A DNA stretch of 64,000 nucleotides from Polyangiaceae bacterium (lineage in GTDB: Bacteria > Myxococcota_A > Polyangia > Polyangiales > Polyangiaceae): positions 608,001 to 672,000 of the forward strand of contig CBDCTZ010000016.1 in assembly GCA_965222375.1 (NCBI GenBank). Reading direction: 5' to 3'. Shown here piece after piece: positions 58,501-64,000 of the stretch. The position numbers and the translations under genes were made by a program. Below the pieces are notes generated by a model. The model did no database searches and had not been told where the DNA came from. It saw only the letters and a program-made list of their open reading frames with translations. Positions within the stretch are counted from its first letter, which is position 1; each line of letters opens with the position of its first letter.

Positions 58501-58809
58501 GCGCACGATCACCGTGCTCATGCCCTGGCTAGACGTGGAGTAGACGTACTCCACCCCAGGTATTTCTCGGATGCGTGCCTCCAGGGGCCGGGTGACGCGT
58601 TCTTCGACCTCTTTGGGTGAGGCGCCGGGCATGCCGACGAACACGTCGATCATCGGCACCGAGATCTGAGGTTCTTCCTCCCGGGGGAGTTGGAACACGG
58701 AGATGATGCCGACCAGTATGGCGCTGAGCATCAACAGCGGCGTCAGCTTCGACTGAACGAACGCGGCAGCTAGGCGCCCTGCGATGCCTAGGCCTCGGGA
58801 AGCACTCAC
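55564..58809 (-). CDS. RND efflux permease (AcrB/AcrD/AcrF family)
   Basis: [43 protein letters not shown]. Confidence 0.95.
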   Translation of the reverse strand: MSASRGLGIAGRLAAAFVQSKLTPLLMLSAILVGIISVFQLPREEEPQISVPMIDVFVGMPGASPKEVEERVTRPLEARIREIPGVEYVYSTSSQGMSTVIVRFEVGENEGQAILRLRDKLLAHGDAIPAGASEPLIKPRSIDDVPVLSLTLSSDRYDGYELRRVAAELSTAIRAVDNVSEVTLIGGQRRQVRVLLDPERLAGRNVSPLAVANALSAHRGLLSAGAVAQANRELLVETGSVLRTAKDVGGVVVGGAGGRPVYLRDVAKIVDGGEEPANYVRFGLGAGAPDADEAGRTSQPAVTLAIAKRKGENAVDVVQGVMAKVEAVRTDLLPKDVRLSVTRDYGETANEKSNELLFHMGIAIVSVALLIWLALGRRESVIVVLAIPVTLALTLAVFYVHGYTLNRITLFALIFSIGILVDDAIVVVENITRHYRLPESRGKSLHQVAVDAVAEVGNPTILATMTVVAAILPMAFVSGLMGPYMRPIPIGATAAMMFSLLVAFIVTPWAAVRLLRKDSAAHDETEGRSTQAYRRGMGWLLAKGRRRWGFLGLVVALLLGSMALVGVGAVQVKMLPFDNKSEFQVVIDMPEGTTLEQTARVTDEIARAVGNEPEVVGYQSYVGTSGPYSFNGLVRHYFLRRGSNVADIVVQLQPKGDRPDQSHDIAKRVRTAITPLARRFGAAVKVAEIPPGPPVLQTMVIEIYGPEHEGQIEIAEKVKKEMEFVGGVVDVDWYVENPQPKIQLVVDETKAALHGVSEPEVARALSLALRGERSALLRDPREREDVPVVVGLDRPTRSDLSRLKGLGVAAGDGSIVSLRELVKEQRTEHERSIYRKNLKRVVYVTADLAGEIESPVYAVSVLGPKFDQLNVNGYSMEQHTAEQPSDTSRYGMKWDGEWHITYEVFRDLGLAFAVVLLLIYVLVVAWFQSFSTPLVIMSAIPFSLVGILPAHAAMGAFFTATSMIGFIAGAGIVVRNSIILVDFIELRLKQGVPLREAVVDAGAVRFRPMLLTAAAVVVGATVILFDPIFQGLAISLMAGEVASLLLSRVTVPVAYYILQKRRQGRESKQTSAVASPEPAPA

Positions 58810-59975
58810 GGCGTGGCCTCGATCTTGGCGCCGTCCTTCAGGTCCTTCTTGGGTGCGGCAACCACGCGCTCTCCGGCGTCGAGCCCGGAGAGCACCTCAA
58901 CCAGTTTTCCATCCCGACCTCCGAGGGTCACGATGCGTAGCCGCGCCTCTCCGTCGCTGACGACGAACAAGCGATCCAGCTGGCCGCGGGTGGAGATGGC
59001 AGCGTGGGGGACCATCAGCCGCTTGGTCTTGCCTAGGGGGAAGTGCACCCGAGCAAACATGCCCGGCCGAAGATCGATCCCGCTGGGCACTTCGTTGAAG
59101 CGGATCTTCGTGACGAAGGCCCGAGAGGCCACATCGACGGCGGGAACGATTTCGTCCACCTGCCCCGACAGCCGTTTCCGTACGGCATCTACGTCGACTT
59201 CTGCTTTGTTGCCGATGGCGATGAAGCCCGCTTGGGATTCATCGACGATTGCCTCTACTCGCAGGGCGCCCTCTTCTTCTAGTTCCAACAGGGGCTTGCC
59301 CGGCGCCGCGAGATCTCCCGTCTCGCTACTGCGCGCCACGACTCGCCCGGAGAAGGGCGCGACGATCTTTCGGTGCCCGAGCAAGCTGGACGCCAGGGTC
59401 GCTGCGGCGCGGGCCTGACTCAGCCGGGCCCGCGCCGTACTCAGGCCGGCCGTCGCCATGCTCTCCTTGGCGGTGGCAGCGAGGCGTTTCGCGTCGGCTT
59501 CATCGAACATCTCCTGACTGACGACGTTCTGCTCGCTGAGCTGTTTGGCTCGCCCGTAACTCAGCTTCGCGAGCTTGGCGCCCGCCTTGGCCGCGATGTG
59601 ATTCTGCTTCGCCTGTGCGAGGCTTGCCCGCGCTTCGGCGATGCTCGCGCGGGCACGAGACACTTCCGCCCGCGCGTCTCGGGCGTCGAGCTCGACGAGC
59701 ACGTCGCCTTTCTTCACGCGATCTCCGGGGCGCACGTGGAGCTTCTTCACGTAGCCCATGGCTTTGCTCGCGAGCACAGCGGTGTTTCGACCTCGCACCG
59801 TGCCCGTCGCCACGTAGTGGGCCGCAACGGCACGATCTTCGGCGGACGTGACCTTCACTCGCATCGGCGCTGGGGCCTGCTTCGCGGGTGGGTCTTGGCT
59901 CGTACCCGAGCAACTGGAAGCTACGGCGGCGGACAGGGCTAGAGCTGTAAATACACGTAAAGATTGGTATTTCAT
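58806..59975 (-). CDS. RND periplasmic adaptor (MFP) lipoprotein
   Basis: [33 protein letters not shown] overlap with the permease. Confidence 0.93.
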   Translation of the reverse strand: MKYQSLRVFTALALSAAVASSCSGTSQDPPAKQAPAPMRVKVTSAEDRAVAAHYVATGTVRGRNTAVLASKAMGYVKKLHVRPGDRVKKGDVLVELDARDARAEVSRARASIAEARASLAQAKQNHIAAKAGAKLAKLSYGRAKQLSEQNVVSQEMFDEADAKRLAATAKESMATAGLSTARARLSQARAAATLASSLLGHRKIVAPFSGRVVARSSETGDLAAPGKPLLELEEEGALRVEAIVDESQAGFIAIGNKAEVDVDAVRKRLSGQVDEIVPAVDVASRAFVTKIRFNEVPSGIDLRPGMFARVHFPLGKTKRLMVPHAAISTRGQLDRLFVVSDGEARLRIVTLGGRDGKLVEVLSGLDAGERVVAAPKKDLKDGAKIEATP

Positions 59976-60157
59976 GGCAATCACGGGACTTGGGCCCCCT
60001 CTGAGTGGTTGGAGCCAACAGCGGCGCGAAAGGGTTCGCGAGGCCGGCGGACAAACGCGGCTCGGGCTCACTGGGCAGCTGGCCTATGCAGGCCTCGCCT
60101 CCATGAGCCGATGGGTCGCTAGGCTTCGCCAAGAGTTGCGGCGCTCCTGGATAGGGA

Positions 60158-60178
60158 TCACCACAAGTTATGTGGTGA
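60158..60178. promoter_or_regulatory. Palindromic operator candidate upstream of the RND operon
   Basis: TCACCACA-AGTTA-TGTGGTGA. Confidence 0.55.
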
Positions 60179-60285
60179 CGACCGGGCTATAGACTCGGGC
60201 GCAGTGCCTCAACCAGCGAGTTCGGCCCGACGGCGAAAGGTGCCTCTGGTTTGGCCTCAGTAGGCGGTTGCGTTGACGCTGCGAT

Positions 60286-61311
60286 CTACTTGCAGCTGCC
60301 GCCCGCTTGTTGGATTGCCGACGCGTAGGTTTGACTCACGCAGGCGTACACGAAGTTGTTCATGCCGCAGCATTCCGAATAGGGCACGCTGAACTGGCCC
60401 TTGAGCCCCTTGCAGTCGTCGCCGCTGCGGCAGGACACGCTCTTGATGCTCGAACCGGACCCGGTAGAAGCGTTGGAAAGCGTGCAGCCCGCGCCGCAGC
60501 TGCCACAACCGAGCTTTGAGACCTGTGCTGCGCATTGTGCGTCCCACTCCGTGTTGCAGCAGAACGCATCTTGAGCGCAAACGCACTGTTCGACGGTCTT
60601 GTCGCCACTGCAGCCCGCCGTGCCCGGCGTTGCGGAGCAGCACACGGTGCTGCCGGCCGCAGAGCACTCGGCGTTGCCTGACTTGGCCGTGCCGCCTTGC
60701 TGGGTCAGGAAGTTCACGCAGCACTTCGCACCTGGACAGTCTTCGGATCCGTCGCAGGCCGCGGCGAGCTGTCCGCCGCAGGTGCCCGCGGGCTTGCAGG
60801 TTGGAGTCGGGTCGTCGTAGCAACAGGCTTGTCCGGCTTCGCAAGGCGCGCCCGTGCCGCATCCGACGCACGACGCCGTGAGAGGATCGCACGGTCCCGT
60901 GACGATTCCGCCTGAGCCGCCGGCGCCCCCGATGCCCCCGGTTCCGCCGGCGCCGCCAAGGCCGCCCGTACCACCGGTGCCCGTCGGTGCGCAGGTTTCA
61001 AACGCGGTGCGTTCGGTCGCGCACGCCCCCACTGCCATGGGCTTCTTGGTGACAGTGTTGCAGCCGAGCAGTTGCGTGTCGGCCATGCACGCCACGTAAG
61101 CGCGATACTCGGCGTCGCATTTGGGCTGCGCGGATTGGCACTTCATCAAGCAATCGCTGGGCGCGCACACTGCGTTTGCTTCTCCCGCCCGGCGACACAG
61201 CTTCTCGCACGCCGACTCGACACTGCCGCCGCCACCGCCGTCACCGCCATTGCATGCACCCATCAAACAGAGGGCGAGCGCCCCGACCAGGGATAAACAC
61301 CAAGTACGCAT
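60286..61311 (-). CDS. Cys-rich lipoprotein
   Basis: MGAC lipobox; CDGSEDC, CVCAQDAFCC..WD..C; RBS aggag. Confidence 0.8.
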   Translation of the reverse strand: MRTWCLSLVGALALCLMGACNGGDGGGGGSVESACEKLCRRAGEANAVCAPSDCLMKCQSAQPKCDAEYRAYVACMADTQLLGCNTVTKKPMAVGACATERTAFETCAPTGTGGTGGLGGAGGTGGIGGAGGSGGIVTGPCDPLTASCVGCGTGAPCEAGQACCYDDPTPTCKPAGTCGGQLAAACDGSEDCPGAKCCVNFLTQQGGTAKSGNAECSAAGSTVCCSATPGTAGCSGDKTVEQCVCAQDAFCCNTEWDAQCAAQVSKLGCGSCGAGCTLSNASTGSGSSIKSVSCRSGDDCKGLKGQFSVPYSECCGMNNFVYACVSQTYASAIQQAGGSCK

Positions 61312-61553
61312 GGGAGACTCCTGAAGTTCAAAGCAACCAAGACAAAGCTCCGCTCGCCTCGACGAAGCGCCGTGGGTCCCGCCAGACCGGACGTGCCAGC
61401 GGGAGAGCGGGCGCAGCGGTGCCCCGCCCCTGGGGCTTCCGCCCAAAGGATTGGAGAAGTACGGGTTGAGTGCGCCAGGCCCGGGCGGCTTATGAAAAAA
61501 AGATCCGACTTCGGGGGCGCCAGGCCCCGCGAAATCGTAAGTGAGGGGACAAA

Positions 61554-62651
61554 TTGGCCCGAACTAGCATCAAAACCCCCACCAAGCGGCTAGCAAGCCT
61601 GCCCGGAGCGTCAGCCCTGGGCCTGGGGCTATGTGCCGCCTTGAGCTGCCTGGGCATTGCGGGGGCAGGGCATGCGGACGAGGCCAAAGCGCGAACGTCA
61701 TCCCTGAGTTGGGTTCGGCTCGAGGGTGCCGAGTCGTGCATCGCGACTCAAGCGCTGGCACGCGCCGTCGAAGAACGTTTGGCGCGGAAGGTTTTCGTCT
61801 CGGCCGCAGAGGCCGACGTGTCCGTGGAGGGACACCTGTCCAAGGCGGGCGACAAGTGGAAGGCAGTTCTGACCATTCGCGACAGTGACGGCACCCTGCT
61901 CGGCACGCGCACACTGGATAGCAAAGACGCGGAGTGCTCCTCCCTCGACGAAGGTCTCGTCTTCGTGGTGTCGGTCCTGATCGATCCCGATGCGGGGCTC
62001 TCCGAACCCAAGTCCGAAAAGCCTGAGCCTGCGACACCACCCCCAGAGCCCAAGCCCAAGGTCGTCGTTCGCCGTGAACGCGTTCTCGTTCCTGTGACGC
62101 CGCTGTCACTACCACCCGAACGTTGGCGTGTTGGGATCAGTGCCCTGCTCACCGGCGCACTGGGATTGCTTCCTGGTCCGGCACTTGGTGTCGGCGCGGC
62201 GGCTGTCCTCGACCCTCCCGGTTTCTTGGACATCGATCTCTCGGCGGCCTACTGGTTCCCGAAAACCACGGACGCGGAGCGTGGCGCCAGCGCAGAGCTG
62301 TCGCTGCTGCACGGCGGCGCGGCCCTGTGCCCCTTGGGGCTGAAGAGCGGTCGGCTGAGCTATCACTTCTGCGGCGGCCTGCTGCTCGGCGCACTGCGCA
62401 GCCGCGGTGAGGGCTTCGACGCGCAGCAATCCGATAATGCACCGTCGGTCTATTTGCAGCTTCCAAGCCGCGTTTCCCTGGGGCTCGCGGGCCCAGTCGC
62501 GCTGACGGCCAGCGCGTCCTTTCTGGCGCCGCTGGTCCGTTCCGAAGTCACCTATCGCGCCGCAAACGGCAGTGATCAAACCCTGTTTGAGCCTTCCCCG
62601 GTGGCCGTTTCCGGCGGCGTCGGCCTCACGCTACTCTTTCCATCACCATGA
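61554..62651 (+). CDS. Secreted protein with a probable C-terminal beta-barrel, first gene of the ECF cassette
   Basis: Signal peptide; LSWVRLEGAESC; G.RTL...C; amphipathic strands. Confidence 0.65.
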   Translation: MARTSIKTPTKRLASLPGASALGLGLCAALSCLGIAGAGHADEAKARTSSLSWVRLEGAESCIATQALARAVEERLARKVFVSAAEADVSVEGHLSKAGDKWKAVLTIRDSDGTLLGTRTLDSKDAECSSLDEGLVFVVSVLIDPDAGLSEPKSEKPEPATPPPEPKPKVVVRRERVLVPVTPLSLPPERWRVGISALLTGALGLLPGPALGVGAAAVLDPPGFLDIDLSAAYWFPKTTDAERGASAELSLLHGGAALCPLGLKSGRLSYHFCGGLLLGALRSRGEGFDAQQSDNAPSVYLQLPSRVSLGLAGPVALTASASFLAPLVRSEVTYRAANGSDQTLFEPSPVAVSGGVGLTLLFPSP

Positions 62652-63250
62652 CGGCCGCGCTCAGCTCCCCGTCTCTGGCCGCGGAAGCCGGTCCGCGCTC
62701 AGCTCGCGATAGCGCCGCGTCGCTTGCCCACGCGCAGGCGGCTGCGAACGTGGCGGAGCTGTTTCGGGAGCATGGGCCCTTCGTGTGGCGCACCCTGCGC
62801 CGGCTGGGCATGTCCGAGAGCGACGCCGATGATCTGTGCCAAGAAGTGTTCTTGGTGGTGTTTCGCAAGCTCGACTCCTTCGAGCATCGCTCTTCTTTCA
62901 AGACCTGGCTCTACGGTATCACCGTGCGAGTGGCGCAAAGCCATCGGCGCCGCGCATCGAACCAGCGCGAGCTACCGACCGCGTCCCCGCCGGAAGTGAC
63001 CGCGCCAAACGGTCCGCACGATCAACTGGCCGACCAGCAGGCGCGCGCCTTGCTCGATCGTGCCGTCGGGGAGCTCGACGACGACAAGCGCGCGGTTTTC
63101 GTGCTCTACGAGATCGAGCAGCTGCCCATGAATGACATCGTGGCTGCCCTCGAGTGCCCCGCGCAGACGGCGTACTCGCGTTTGCATGCGGCGCGCCGGC
63201 AAGTGCAGGCGTCGGTGCGGCGCGCAGCTCAAGGAAGGTGGGCGGGATGA
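62648..63250 (+). CDS. ECF sigma-70 factor
   Basis: FVWRTLRRLG, DADDLCQEVF, FKTWLYGI, RAVFVLYEIE, T.YSRLHAAR. Confidence 0.93.
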   Translation: MTAALSSPSLAAEAGPRSARDSAASLAHAQAAANVAELFREHGPFVWRTLRRLGMSESDADDLCQEVFLVVFRKLDSFEHRSSFKTWLYGITVRVAQSHRRRASNQRELPTASPPEVTAPNGPHDQLADQQARALLDRAVGELDDDKRAVFVLYEIEQLPMNDIVAALECPAQTAYSRLHAARRQVQASVRRAAQGRWAG

Positions 63251-64000
63251 GCGAGTACGAACACGTGCCGCGTCTCGACGAAGGCTCCGATGAGCTGATG
63301 GGACAGCTTCTGCGCGCCGCACGCAGGGACGTGCCCGGCGAGCAGCGCATGAACGCGTTGTCCCTCGCCCTGCTGGACAAGATGGGTCCGGGTGCGCCCG
63401 ATGGCTCCGACGGCGCTGGTGGCGGTGACACGGGGGGTGGTGAAGGCACGGGTGGGGCTGAGCCCGGCGGCGGGGCCGAAGGTCTCGGAGGATCGACCGG
63501 TGCGGAGGCTGCGCGGACGGGTGCCGAGCTGGCACAAGGCGCCCAGGCGGCCACCGGTGCCGGCGCCAGCGTTGCACCCGCGACCGCAGCCGTTGGCGCC
63601 GGGGGCTCCGTCGCCGCGAAAGCCACCCTCGGCACTCTCGCTGCACTCGTGGTTGCGGGTGGTGTCTACACGGCGACGCGCTCCACGCCCACTGCGCCCC
63701 CACCCCAGACAGCCACGACGGCTTCCGTCGCCGCGCCTGCTGCAGTTGCGCCCAAGGCGATGTCGACAACGGGGCCCGCACCCGTAGTGTCCATCGACGA
63801 TTTGCCCAAGTTGGAGGAGCCACCCAAGGCCGCTTCGGGCGCCACGCCCGCGCCGCTGGCCGACACCGCAGCCGAGCCCAAGAAGAAGAAGAAAGCCGCA
63901 GACGCCATGGCGGATCTGCGCCGCGCCCAAGATGCCTTGGGTTCCAGCCCAGCCCGCGCGCTGCGGCTGATCGCCCGGCACCGAAGTGACTATCCACGCT
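63247..64000 (+). CDS. Putative anti-sigma factor (TM, Pro-rich stalk, TPR-like end), truncated by the window edge
   Basis: Absent from the ORF track; I read MSEYEHVPRL..LLRAARRDVP..LAALVVAGGVY..LRRAQDAL..PARAL..H..DYP; ATGA overlap with the sigma gene. Confidence 0.75.
   Translation, partial: MSEYEHVPRLDEGSDELMGQLLRAARRDVPGEQRMNALSLALLDKMGPGAPDGSDGAGGGDTGGGEGTGGAEPGGGAEGLGGSTGAEAARTGAELAQGAQAATGAGASVAPATAAVGAGGSVAAKATLGTLAALVVAGGVYTATRSTPTAPPPQTATTASVAAPAAVAPKAMSTTGPAPVVSIDDLPKLEEPPKAASGATPAPLADTAAEPKKKKKAADAMADLRRAQDALGSSPARALRLIARHRSDYPR

Overview
High-GC bacterial DNA with gene content typical of Myxococcota (Polyangiaceae/Sorangium-like; inferred from gene families only). About 57 genes: many Gly/Cys-rich lipoproteins, three Hanks-type Ser/Thr kinases, two TPR/PEGA-like secreted proteins, an FHA-sigma54 enhancer-binding protein (EBP), two PAS histidine kinases, an ECF sigma/anti-sigma cassette, an RND pump pair and several enzymes. 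I see no rRNA, tRNA, CRISPR array or transposase. The main highlight is a candidate trans-envelope signalling system at 16.8-25.9 kb: a membrane kinase, a TPR/PEGA protein and an FHA-EBP next to a symmetric, bidirectional sigma54 promoter built around twin GGGATC-N5-GATCCC palindromes. Other highlights are sigma54 promoters that sit almost on the start codons of lipoprotein genes, a circularly permuted DUF3179 gene facing a canonical copy, a sigma-factor/ATPase-TPR chimeric pseudogene, a headless duplicate of a Cys-rich lipoprotein C-terminal half, and an exported ferritin-like di-iron protein. All family calls come from reading motifs by eye; no database searches were run.
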